Positions 1 to 11,958 of a stretch of DNA of 64,000 bases are shown here, piece after piece. The translations under genes were made by a program, and so were the position numbers. Every line of letters begins with the position of its first letter. The first letter of the stretch is position 1. Under the pieces are notes generated by a model that worked only from the letters and a program-made list of their open reading frames with translations, was not told where the DNA came from and searched no databases. The stretch is from Craspedostauros australis (lineage: Eukaryota): NCBI GenBank assembly GCA_030167865.1, contig JALAGF010004104.1:1-64000 (forward strand). Direction: 5' to 3'.

Positions 1-707
1 CACAAGAAGCATGACCAAGATGAGAGACGCACAGCTATCACACACAGTTAAGACACACGCAAACAAGGGCAAACTGAGCACAAACCAAAGCAAATCAAAC
101 AAAGGCGCGAAACAAAGGCAAAGGCAAAGGCGAGAAGCAAACGGTGGACCACAGAGTACGACAACACAACACCAGCTTCCTTTCTGTTCGACTTCGATGG
201 TGAAGCGACTTCGTGACACCAAAGTTCTCGATTTGGTTCGGAGCACTTGGATGCTGCGACCCCACATGCGAAACGTACGGTGATGGGGAGGACTTAAGTG
301 ATCCATTGTCCTCTATTCTCCAAAGCTGCAACTTCTTGTGGATGCATTCCACCCAGTTGCGTGTTCTGGATGAGACGTCGTCTTGGACATCCTCACACTA
401 ACGTTGATACAGCCTTGCGACTTCCACCATGTCCAAGCCCTTAACAATCGCTACATGACGCAAACATTTCTCTGTCGGTGTCACCATCTGGCGGTATGAC
501 GCTAATGCCCAGTCCCCTGAAGTGGAACCGACAAGGAACATTGCGTGGCTGAAAGAGGCTGACAACGAACAGCTTGATGGGAGAGCCTGGTGCCCGAGTT
601 CTGAATTTTCTTTTGTTCTCCAATTCATCCAAGGTGCGCTCCTGATGTCGCGCGACCTGATCCGATCTGACATGCAGCGATGTGCGATACTGACACGGTG
701 ATTTAGC

Positions 708-750
708 GTGATGTGATGTGATGTGATGTGATGTGATGTGGTATGATGTG
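708..750. repeat. (GTGAT)n microsatellite
   Basis: 6 perfect units plus a degenerate tail. Confidence 0.9.
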
Positions 751-1713
751 CTTTGGCCTCTCTCTTTGGCTCCACTTGAGCCGGCTTGGCTTGGCTTTTG
801 AAGTACGTGTATGTACTTGTACTCGTACTCTTGCGGTCAATGGTTTGCTCCTACTTGCGTCACGCATTGTCTCGCCAACGATCTCGCGATACCGTTTCCC
901 ATCAGCACCACACCCCCAATACGCTTGTTCCAACGCACATCAGTCTCCGATCGAGTTGATTGATGGCTTGGTGCGAACTGGCACTCTGTGATGCACTCTG
1001 TGGTGTACTGGCACGTGAAAACGTGACAAACGACAAACATGAAAGAACGAACAAAAAACTTACCACTGCCATCATCAATACCATCGCTACGACCGTCATC
1101 GCTCCCATCGCTCCGTTGATACTACTACTACTACCACTACTGTCATCACCACGGGTGATACTACGGTTGCTGGTGTTGCCGTTGGTGTTGCGGGATCAGC
1201 TCAACGCAGTCGGCAGCATCAACGGTGACCCCGGTGCACTACTTGCAGCAGAAGTGATCAGAAAAGCAGCAGCAACGACAGCAGTCATCAAACGGCAGCA
1301 GTCATCAAACGACATCTATCATCAAACGACATCCATCATCACGGCTACAAGAGGCACGGGCTTGTGAGCCAAGCTCCGTCAGAGCCTGTCGCACTTCTGC
1401 TTAGCCAACTCTCGCGCACACGGGAAGACCCAGCACAGACGTCAAGTTCTGACAGAGCGTTCCCTCTTGATCAGTCCCATCGTTCTACCACAGAGGTCTC
1501 GACCTCAGACTTCATTGCTGACACCTCGGAGCACATCGCAGGCACGTTCTACGTACGAGCTTCGCACACGCAGAAACGCAGACCAAAAGCCAAAGACATG
1601 TGCATACATGCACATGCGCATGCACACGCACAGACTCTCCTCTCCACAGATCGTTTCAACAAGACAGCATAGAGTGGCAGCACCATCGTCTCTGATCGCA
1701 AGCAGTCATCGTC

Positions 1714-3249
1714 ATGTCAAATCGACAAGAGTCATCCTCCAACGCCACACAAACATCAGGAGCAGCGCCTACACCTGCTCCCGCGGCTTCAGAACCAAGA
1801 GATGAAAGAGGCGAAGCAACTACCGATCATGCTCCTCAACAACAACAGGGACGCAACCCTAACATCCATCAGTCTCTCCACCAATCCAGCACTGCTGACA
1901 TCGCATCCACGGCGCAGATGACTGCAACGACAACGACAACGACAACGGCCATCGCGGCATCAGGGATGTCACAGCCAGCAAGAACAGGATCCACCTCCAT
2001 TGCCGACTCAACAGGATCGGCCGACGACATGACGTACACGAGTAACATCGCAGCAGCGTGCGCAGCCACCAACGCCGAAATTCAGAACCAACCTGAGCTG
2101 TCTGAAGAGCTCCAGAAGGTGAGGAGATTGGAGATGAACCGGGTGAATGCACAGAGGAACAGGAACCGAAAGCGCATTCTGATCGACATGATACAAGCTG
2201 AGCAGCAGGAGCTCCTGATCGCCAACAGCGCCCTGAAACACGAAAATGAACAACTTCGGAATGCGATAAGGCAAGTCAAAGCACGGCAGCTGGAAGGAGG
2301 AATCGATTCTCATCCTCGGGCCCGGTCTCAGAATCAGATTCAGCCGCAAATCCAGCCTCAGCTTCAACCTCATCTCGAATCACACTCTCATGGGTCTGTC
2401 GATGCAGCTGCACATACAACGCAGACTCCACACACCACGGCACCTGCCACTGCGGGATTGCTCTCGAGCCAAATACTACCACGTCACCCCCAATTCGCGA
2501 CCAACATGGCACTACCTTCTGCTAGCCTGCTACCTCGATCTCAATTTCAGCCGCTGCAGCATATCCAACCTCGAACCCATCTCCAGGCGGCACAGCTACA
2601 AGCACCATCGCAACAGATACCTCAACAACCCACGCAACTAACACAATCGACACAACCTGAACATCTGCCACAGATACCACAGCAAGCATACGACGCCATC
2701 ATGGCACAGGCTGTCATGGTCAGCCAGCTACTTCTCCAACAGCAGATATTAGGCTTGGGTGGGGTACCGCCAACATTCGCGACAGCAACATCGTTGTTGC
2801 CAACAGCACTTTCAGGCACCACTGCTTCGATCCAAGGACAAGGGCAAGCGCAAGCGCAGCCGAGTACAAGCATGCTCCCCAGCAATACGGGCCATGTCTC
2901 AGTACAGCAGCAGCAGCAGCAGCCGCTACAAGAGGAGCAGTTGCAACCGCAGCCACAACAGCAGCCACACCAGCTGACTCACTTGGATCAAACCTTGCAA
3001 CCATCAGCCAATCCAGTCCAGCAAGACCAGCCTGAGTCCGCCCAGTACATCCAACAGCCGTTGACAGCGCAGCATGGATTCCAACACCACTATCACCATG
3101 GGCAGCAGCAGCAGCAGAAGAAGAATGCTCAACAACGAGATGAGGTTCAAGATGATCCCCCGCCCGCAACACAAAAGAAGGATACGCACGATGGGGCTCA
3201 CAGCAAGCCCAGAGAGGACAACCAGAGCACCACCCAAGCACCGACCTGA
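1714..3249 (+). CDS. bZIP transcription factor, Q-rich C-terminus (511 aa)
   Basis: Basic region RRLEMNRVNAQRNRNRKR followed by a heptad zipper (I..I..L..L..L); long Q/P-rich tail; single long ORF. Confidence 0.8.
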   Translation: MSNRQESSSNATQTSGAAPTPAPAASEPRDERGEATTDHAPQQQQGRNPNIHQSLHQSSTADIASTAQMTATTTTTTTAIAASGMSQPARTGSTSIADSTGSADDMTYTSNIAAACAATNAEIQNQPELSEELQKVRRLEMNRVNAQRNRNRKRILIDMIQAEQQELLIANSALKHENEQLRNAIRQVKARQLEGGIDSHPRARSQNQIQPQIQPQLQPHLESHSHGSVDAAAHTTQTPHTTAPATAGLLSSQILPRHPQFATNMALPSASLLPRSQFQPLQHIQPRTHLQAAQLQAPSQQIPQQPTQLTQSTQPEHLPQIPQQAYDAIMAQAVMVSQLLLQQQILGLGGVPPTFATATSLLPTALSGTTASIQGQGQAQAQPSTSMLPSNTGHVSVQQQQQQPLQEEQLQPQPQQQPHQLTHLDQTLQPSANPVQQDQPESAQYIQQPLTAQHGFQHHYHHGQQQQQKKNAQQRDEVQDDPPPATQKKDTHDGAHSKPREDNQSTTQAPT

Positions 3250-4849
3250 AGGGCTGGCTAGCTTCCTGGTTAACTGGCCGACTGTATCGGTGAGAAACAC
3301 TTGATTCCGTTACTTCGAGCGATCGATCATTCGTATCGTGCACAAACAAGTTGGCCACTTCGTGGATACTGTACAAATACTGCGCTGCGCTGCGCTGTAC
3401 TGCATTGTATGTCTTACTCATCCCAATTTCTTTCAGTCATCTTACTCTTGCGAGATGTACTACAACTACTACTCGTACCACACTATTATATAATACTATG
3501 CGCCGATTTTTGGCGTGTAACTTTCAACCGCGCTGATATGGACGCCAAGAAAGTTACACTTGCATCGTCACATTTTGCATCGGGAGATGTACATGCGCAG
3601 CCTGGCGGAACATATCGCATCCAATTTCGTTACGCTGCGCACAAGTCCGCGATGGTCTTACAGATTCGAAGTCCATCAACAACATCCGATACGCAGGTAA
3701 GTATTGTGTCATAGTGTAGAGGCGATCCTTGAGTGCCACGATGTTCTCACAAATGACTGGCACAAACAATTCCATCACCGTGCCGTGTTGTGCTGTGCTG
3801 TGCTGTGCTGTGCCATCGCCTTCGCTGCTGAAGTCGTTGCTGAGCTCGCTGATTTGCTCATCTACTTTTCTTATTCTCGTTCTCTCATCGTCTTCGCTCT
3901 ATGGGTTTGAATGTTGCTACGAGAATGCTCCGAACACACGCACAGGTGTCGCAACCATCTCTCTGTTCGAAATGGCATCGAATGCAACATGCCACTTTTG
4001 CTCTGCACGAAAAGTATTGCGTGAACTAGGCTATGCGACTCCTTGCTGGTACCGCGCGCATACCCTGTAATCCTCAAGCAACCGCGATCAGCACCTCCTG
4101 TACAGAGCCATTCTTGTTGCCAGCAAGGTTACTCGGTATTTCCGTCCTGGCGCCACAGGCCACATCAGGTCACAATTGAAACTTGTACCAGGCCAACCTA
4201 CCACGCGATCGTAGGAGCGCGCAGATGCCGGTTGCATCTGCGAATGGCGTGACCAGGGTCATTTCCGCAACTGGCAATCCAAGCAGTCCTGATGGTCCCA
4301 ACACCATCTACTGTTTCCTCAAACGACATCACCAACAAGGACAGAGTAGGAGATACATTCAAGCGTGTCCCAGATTGCGTGATCTCGACATCTCTGTACG
4401 GAATGGTGTGACATTCTCTGTGATAATTATTTACGGTGCAAGGAGAACACGAAGGTTCGCACGGTTCATGAGTTCGTTCACGACACCAAATTGTTGCTCA
4501 CAATTCTGGCAGCAAACACATCCATTCACAATACACCACAAAGCAGCAGCTCTCTCGCCGTCCTGGCTTGCCAGCAACATCAGAAACATTAGCATGAATA
4601 GGGCAGGACACTGCACTCTACTCCAGTACAAATATGAGTGCAATGCAGTACAATTCAATGCAATGCAATACAATACCATCTAATATATCACAAGTTGTGC
4701 GATGGCATCGTCTTCATTCTCGAGGCTGCGCTGCTCCCAATGTTGATGCCGGATGAATGATCCTGCTCGTACTCATGATTCGTCTGTCTTGATTTCAGCC
4801 AAGCAGGTACCCTGCGAGTATGCATCTCGCTCATTCTCTGCCTCCGTCT

Positions 4850-7110
4850 GTCTCTGGCCGCTATGGGACACCTGTACCAAACGAATACGGATACGAATAA
4901 AGGTTGTGCTCTGGAGCTGCGGGAACACGAAAGCGCATCTGCTGACCAAATGGCCGGCGCTGGTACGACCAGTCTCCGCCAATATCCTGCCTGTTCATTC
5001 GCCACTGGATTGGCATCGGTATGGATCTCGACGCGGATAGTGATGTCATTGCTGCGATTACTCCTTGGTTGTACACGGCAGTTGATGCGTGTCCCCATGC
5101 ATGGCGTCGTGTCGATGTTAGCGCTGGCGTCCACAACACATTGCTCCATTCTCGCATATCACGAAGATGATTGAGATGTCGCCATACCTCCGATAGGAGT
5201 GGAGACACGCACCACGCTGTGTGCGGAGTCCTTCACAGCAATTCGTGTTGCTTTGCTTTGCGTGATGTATCACACATCGTCGCCATCAATGCGATGCCAT
5301 TTGTTCTGCAGGCAGAAGGAGGCGACAGAGAGGCACAGTTGATAGGTACAGAAAGTATCACTCCGACGAACCTGACGCGGTCAGTCCAGAGATCAGATGG
5401 CTCAATCACACTTCAACCTGAGTTTGGTCGTGTCAGATCCAGGCCAAACATAAATGTGCTTGGTGTCTGGATACAATTGTGGAGGTACGCACATCACACA
5501 CCCGCGCATCTACGAGCACCGCGAGAAGGCCAACGAAGCGTGCTGGTCTCTGTTTGTTTGACCGATGTGTGCTGATTGATGGGTTCCAAAACCTGGGCGA
5601 TGTGGTCCCTTGTGCACAGTTCTTTGCACAGTTCTTCGCACGTCTCCAAATCCAGCGCCGGGCTGTTCTGAACGAGCACACTCTGGGTGATGTCTGAGAT
5701 CCTGCATGTTGTCACATTTCTGCCCATCCCAGTGGTTTGCCTTGTCGCGGTTGATTCTGTTTTGTTGTGTTCTGTTCTGCTCTGCTCTGCGCCATTGTCG
5801 CAGCTCTCTCCTTGCTCTCTCCTTGTTTCGTTGATTGCTTGCGTGCCTGACGGAATGGAAGTGGTGTCAGCGGAGGTGCCACACCACGCCAGGCCGTACA
5901 CCATGCCATGACCACAAGAGCAGAACCAGATTGCAGTTCGAAGAGCAACGACACCAGCCCCGGTACTACCGCGGCGTGGAAGAGGGGAAGCACAACATCA
6001 ACGAAAGTGCTACCGAGTCAATGAACAGTCACAAACACCTCTCAATCATGTTGAACTGGACACTTGCGCACTTTCACAACAGCCCTTCAATGGGGATTGT
6101 TGACGCTCGCGGCGGATACAGCAATTTTATCATCTTATTGCCATCCTGTCACGAATGTGGCGCTTCCACCAATCATTTTCCCTCAAACATATGATCGTAT
6201 GAGTCTATTGACACTGCTCGTTGTTACAGACCCGTTGCGCTGCTTTCATTCACAGTTCAACAATCACAGGGGCTCAGATGTTAGCTCTCAATTGTTCCTT
6301 CTGCCCTTGGTCAAATACAAGGAATCACCATGACGATTCTCCAGCGAACACTCTGATCGCGTCTTTCCGAGCTTAGCATGTCGTCGGATTCCTTGGATGA
6401 GAGTTCGCCATTCTTCGAATGCTGTTTTCCACACACAAACAGGCACACTCGCATAAATGCAGGTCTAGCTGTGTCCGCGAAGCACCACAAGGAATCCCAT
6501 CGGGCAGCTGCACCAAGTGCAACAGATACGACGCAACAACATCGAACGACAAATGTCGGTGAGACAACAAACAGAGGGACTCCGCCACGCTCGCTTCGCT
6601 CTGCCCTTCCCTGTTCGGATCCGTTCTCTTCTGCACCCTGACCTCCTCTTCTCGACTCTCCGGATCTGCTCCACCCTGCTCTGCTGTGCCATTCTGCCAA
6701 AATCGGCTCCTGCGGAACACAGTTGGTTGGCAACCAGATTGCATGCAGACGCAATCCCTCACACAACACCAGAGATGGTAGCAATTGGATCTTGTGGAGG
6801 GCCTGCGAGGAGTAAACTCATACCTTTGGCGACCAATCCAGGCAACCCAAGACCACCTCCAATAAGTATGGGTCCAGTATGCTAACGAAGCCAACATGAG
6901 GAGGGTGTTCTGTGCGTCCAACGAAATGGTTGGCGATCTGAGGTTGTGACCTTGGTACTGATGCTGATACTGTGCTTGCTGCTGCTGTTGCTGCTGTTGA
7001 CGCTGCTGCTGTTGTTGTCGATGAAAGAAGATGAATAGGTCGTCGTTGCAACTGGAGGTGATGTTGGATACGTCCAAAGTCCACGGAAATACCTTGATTG
7101 TTCAACCATC
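4850..7110 (-). pseudogene. possible degraded multi-exon gene (diatom LRR-like family?)
   Basis: Scattered protein-like fragments (ILDPYLLEVVLGCLDW, FEEWRTLIQGIRRHAKL, LDLETCEELCKEL, NEQAGYWRRLVVPAPAIWS) next to plausible GT/AG sites (donor at 6823), interrupted by stops and frame changes; bounds approximate. Confidence 0.2.
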
Positions 7111-8055
7111 AATCAACGTAGTCGCATCAGTAGCGATGTTCGTGCTTCGTGCTATTGAGTTGCAATCTTAGATAAAAGTGTAAGTGTAAGTGTAGGTGTA
7201 GATATAGTTGCAATTGTAGCTGGAGGCGTACATGTCATCATGGCTGTGGAGGCGCGGTTGTAGAGTAGGTGACTCTCGGGACAGTTGGCGATGGCAGTAG
7301 CAGCGGCGTGTGCTCTAAGTTCTGTGCAAGTACGTGTGTGTCTGAGTGTGGTGAAGGAAGGCACAAAAACGGACAACACACACGATACACACGATACGAC
7401 ACGATACGACACGACCAAACGAACGAACGAACGAATTCAGCGTATCTGCATGTCTGTCTGTTCACCCGGCATTCAACTGGCTGACTGATTGTCCCCTTTC
7501 GATGCATAGTCGCAGCTCGCGCCCGTACCGATGCGTCCTACTCGACTCTACACGGAGATTGTCTGCGAGTATTCCTGACAGCAAACCGGAGACGAAATGG
7601 GAAGGGAAGAAGCGGCAGGAAGAGGAGAGGAGAGGCGAAGTGTGTACGCACCATAAGAATCCAACGTTACCAAGATCAGATAAGGATGGAGTAGGCGGTA
7701 CACGTCAATAGCCAAGACCGGACAAATCCAAGGAGAGCACGGCAAAAGACCAGAGAGAAAAAACACTGAAAGATCAGAACTGAGATTGCCCCGCTTCCCT
7801 ATACTCCACTCTACTCCACTCTACGCTGACCCCACTCTGCGAGTACTCAAGGACAAAACACATCGAACTACGGATCCACCCACAAACCCAACAGGTCTCA
7901 CAATATTCAAATCCGCAACAACCACAGAACACACACCGCATCTCAGCACTACTCGTACCAACACAGCAACACAGCAACACTTCCAGTAGCATTCACTCTC
8001 TTCTTCACCTCTGTTTCCGCTCACGCTCACGCTGACGATCTCGCTCTCGTTCAAG

Positions 8056-9230
8056 ATGATGATGACAACGAACCACACTCCCAGGGTCTTCCTCCCCAAC
8101 CTTGACATCGCCAAGCTTCAGAAGCAGCAGGCGATCTCCAATGCCAAGCGACAGGCCACTCGGCGCAAGAACAGGCACAACAAGACATTCCCATGCAAAC
8201 TCCATCGCATGCTCCGGGATGCCGCGGCAGACGGCAACGAGCACATCGTATCCTGGGTTGCCAACGGAAAAGCATTCAAGGTGCATAGCGTGGATGGATT
8301 CGTGGAACATATCATGCCTCGCTACTTCAGACAGACCAAGTTCAGAAGCTTCACCAGGCAGGTACGTACCATACGAGTAGGGTACTTCTATCAAGATGCC
8401 ATTTGTACCTGCCATCCCGGTGCTCTTTTGAGATTGTCCCAACGCAACAGCACGCTCCTGCGCCATCGATCGTGTGGCCTACCACGCTGGCAACCCTCTT
8501 ATACTCACACATCCCCTTCCCCTAATCCTTTCGTATCCTTTACCTTTTGCCCGTGTACCATTTACCCTTGATCTTTGTGCACAATCAACAGCTGCAGCTG
8601 TATGGCTTCATTAGAGAATGCAAAGCCACATTCCGAGGATCCTATCGTCATCCAAGCTTCTTGAGAGATCAGGAAGAGCTGCACGAACGCGTCGTCCGCC
8701 AGAAGAGCCAGACTAATTCCAAGGCGGAGGCAGCAACAGAACAACCAAGCACACAATCAAAGACGATCGCAACCGCAACCGCAACTGTAACCACCAAGCC
8801 ATACCTAGCATTGCCTATTGCCCAAGCCGAGAGAGAGGATTTGTGCGGAGGAAATGCATCAGTGGGCAGTAGGAACTGCTACCGTCGTGACGAATCCAGC
8901 TGCGACACAAGCAGGCGTAGCAGCTTCACAAGCCACTCAAGTAGAGACTCCAGTGTGGCGACAGACATGACGGCAAGTACAGCAGCGGGTACGACTTCTG
9001 CGGATGTGGTTGCCAGCCTCCATACCAGCATGAATGCGGACACTGCCACTAACGCGACAAATGGAGAATCTCCAGAACAGTTGTCGTTCCTTGGAAAGAG
9101 ATTCTTCCCCACTGACAACGGCGACGCGATGACCACTTCCAGCACCGTCCCTGCAGACATTGTTGTGTCATCTAGCCGTGTGGGAGATGAAGGATACACG
9201 AGCGATGTGCAGCAATGGCAAGAGGTGTAG
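8056..9230 (+). CDS. heat shock factor (HSF-type DNA-binding) transcription factor, copy 1; exons 8056-8361, 8592-9230 (~314 aa)
   Basis: FPCKLHRML..IVSW..NGKAFKVH..F..HIMPRYF.QTKFRSFTRQ|LQLYGF..Y.HPSFLRD; GT-AG intron 8362-8591 restores the RQLxLYGF motif. Confidence 0.93.
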
Positions 9231-9915
9231 CTTAGCCAAGAGGACACTCCTGCAGTCTCACAGGCGTATATCAGTTGATACCGGTTCACACCAGCGCATA
9301 CCGATGCATAAACAGTTCGCAACGCATGGTTCATTTGACACTGTTCCTACCTACCTATTTACCTACCCACCTCCCTCCCTGCCTACCTACCTACCTACCC
9401 GTGCCATTATACTCGTACACTCCCACCTATTACATAATATTAGAGAGCAGGGAAGTCTGCACCCATGCTCAAAGCAAACACAGCAGTACTCGACTCCCAT
9501 TGTCTTGCGCTGTTGGGAATAGATGCAGAGCGCTGCAGCTCCATGTACGACCTACCATAAAACATCGCCATTGCCATTGTCGCCCTCTGTGTTCGTCACA
9601 GCAGCTCTTTTTGCGCGATTCTCCCAAACTCGAACTCCGTGCAGGTTATGAGAAGAGAGCGAAGGATTCAAAGATGGCACGGGCCGCACGAAGTGGTGGA
9701 AGGCGAAGTCACCCAACCTAACATAACATAGACATGCAAACAACATGCACCACAACAAGCACCATAGCAATCAATGCACATCATAAGAGTAAGCACTGAT
9801 TACGTCCGCGCTTACAAATGGAGCACCACACTCTACGTATGCTTTGATTGATCGATTGATTGATCGATTGATTGCATCCCTGCTCGTTCTGCGCACTGCA
9901 TCGAGCTGGAATCCA

Positions 9916-11958
9916 TCACGATAATGCGGATGGGCCAGAGGATGGATCCATCTTCTGGGATCGAGCACGAGCACGAGCACGAGTACGAACGCCATCGCCA
10001 TCACTATCGCTCAAAGCGAGGAACAGCGCAACTCCAATCAAGGAGGCCAGGCCAGCAAATGCGCATTCTACGCCCTGAAGGGTGGGCATCGAATCGGCAG
10101 CCAGACCAAGAAGGAACGGAGCCACGATGTACGCGGCATCACCGGCCGCACGAGGCAGAGCAAGCGCCGTTGCTTCTGATCCCAGTGGCGCCATCTCTTG
10201 GGCAAAGGCCGTCAGAGCTGGTCCTTGCGCTGTTGCGCCCAAACTCCAGCCGAGGACCACCAATGTGAACGCGATGGCCGAAGATGTCAGCTGCCCACCC
10301 AGAAGCGGCGCATCAAGCACGAGGCTATTCGTGGTGTGCAGTATTGCGTCCACATCGCCATTCAATGCCAGCGGTATGGCCATCAATCCAACGCTGCTGA
10401 TGACTCCGCTGACAAGGGCGGTGAACCTGGCATCTGTGCGATCTGTCAACCAGCCGCCGAACGGCGCACCAAGCAACCCGCTCAACCCACACGCGGATAC
10501 CAGCGCGCCCGCACCAGCGGCTCCACCAGGAAGTACTGCTGTTGCCAGGATGGGAATGCTTGCTATCTTGGCGGCAAATCCGAACGTGGCACCAACCTGG
10601 CACAGCGCCAAGCCTTTCCATGAGTTATTCTGCAGCAGCTCCCCCCATCCCACCTCCTCTTCTTCTTCCAGCTGCTGCTGCTGCTGCTGCTGCTGCGATT
10701 GCTGCTGCGTTCTCTTCTTTTTCTGTTGCTGGGGTCCTGTCGCACTCTCAACGGCTTCCGGTGGAGCGATGAAGATGGACTCGATGAAAGAAGTCCGCTT
10801 GTTCGTTTCGGCGGCCATGTCCGTGGCCATGCCCATGTCTGTGTCGATACCTGCACCTCCACTGGCGCTGGCACTGGCGCTGCTCTTCTGCAACTCACCC
10901 TCCAGCTGCCGCGATGCATTAATCCCAGTCGTTTCCGGAAGAAAGCAATACATCAACAGCGCCACGATTGCCGCAGCACTCACGCAAAGAAACGAGGCCC
11001 GAGGGCCATACTGCTCCACCACCACCCCGCCAAAGGGCGCACCGATGGCAATCCCCAGTGCCACCACGGCCTGCTGAGCTGCCAAGATCCTGCCTCGAAT
11101 GTCCGGCACCCGTCCCGCCAGATCTGCAAGCATTCCGCGTTCGCCAGCTTCTGACACGCAGCGTCCCAATCCCAATCCCAGCCGGGCGACGACCAGCGGC
11201 GCGATCGATGTGGCCAGTGCTGTGCCGACATCTGAGGCTGCGATGACCGCCATGCCGATCAGCATGGCTGGCCTGCGCCCACGATCAGCGAAGGTGCCGC
11301 CGGACTTGGCAGCAAGCAGCAATGCCACGGCCGGGGCTGAGATGACGATTCCATTTGCCGCCGATGACAGGCCGATTTCCTTTCCGTACAGCGGGATGGA
11401 TGGGATGACTGCGCCAACTCCCAGGAACAAGATGAACTGCGACAGCAGCAAGATTGCGAGGGGCTGCATCACGTCTGTTGGGATCCCAAAGAGCATCGAT
11501 GAGGAGTCGCCGGTTGCGCCGCCGAGTATGTCCTCGTTTTCATCCTTGTCTCTACCGGTGTCGTTGATTGTGTGTGATCGTTTTGTGGCTGCCAGCGACG
11601 TGGGAGTGTTTTGTCTGCTCTGCTTGATTTCCCACTTGTGCCGATGCTGACGTTGCTGCAGGTGTGGATGTAGATGTGGAGCATTCCTTGCTATGAAGCC
11701 ACCGCCACACACGGCCTCAGATTGCATGGCGTGTGAATTTGACCGAAAGGAAGCCACATAGCTGGAAGATGCCAATGGACCTCTGCTCGATCGCTCCACA
11801 ACGAACGCGTCTGCAACGTGCACCAACAGCAGTGCTTGGAGAAGTAACAGAAGGATCAGCGCTGTCGCTTGCTTTGTTGTTGTCCATGTTGCTGTCCATG
11901 TTGCTGTCCATGTTGCTGTCCATTTTACTGCCAATGGTATCGCAGTTGTTCGTGTCAT
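9916..11958 (-). CDS. MFS transporter (MFS_1/DHA1-like) with signal + putative plastid transit peptide, copy 1
   Basis: Multiple TM helices, motif-A-like GTFADRGRRP and GGWLTDRTDAR; likely start MTRTT at 11958; hydrophobic signal ending ADA-FV. Confidence 0.9.
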   Translation of the reverse strand: MTRTTAIPLAVKWTATWTATWTATWTTTKQATALILLLLLQALLLVHVADAFVVERSSRGPLASSSYVASFRSNSHAMQSEAVCGGGFIARNAPHLHPHLQQRQHRHKWEIKQSRQNTPTSLAATKRSHTINDTGRDKDENEDILGGATGDSSSMLFGIPTDVMQPLAILLLSQFILFLGVGAVIPSIPLYGKEIGLSSAANGIVISAPAVALLLAAKSGGTFADRGRRPAMLIGMAVIAASDVGTALATSIAPLVVARLGLGLGRCVSEAGERGMLADLAGRVPDIRGRILAAQQAVVALGIAIGAPFGGVVVEQYGPRASFLCVSAAAIVALLMYCFLPETTGINASRQLEGELQKSSASASASGGAGIDTDMGMATDMAAETNKRTSFIESIFIAPPEAVESATGPQQQKKKRTQQQSQQQQQQQQLEEEEEVGWGELLQNNSWKGLALCQVGATFGFAAKIASIPILATAVLPGGAAGAGALVSACGLSGLLGAPFGGWLTDRTDARFTALVSGVISSVGLMAIPLALNGDVDAILHTTNSLVLDAPLLGGQLTSSAIAFTLVVLGWSLGATAQGPALTAFAQEMAPLGSEATALALPRAAGDAAYIVAPFLLGLAADSMPTLQGVECAFAGLASLIGVALFLALSDSDGDGVRTRARARARSQKMDPSSGPSALS

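Noticed and set aside
1-1700. Short ORFs on both strands
   Set aside because: No recognisable domains; low-complexity, probably intergenic or decayed sequence
8056-9230. HSF duplicate as evidence for a mating-type locus
   Set aside because: HSFs are a large family in diatoms, and nothing in the sequence specifically links this one to mating type
10082-11650. Long + strand ORFs (331 aa, 183 aa), mirrored at 59934-61502
   Set aside because: Antisense shadows of the MFS gene; no independent motifs
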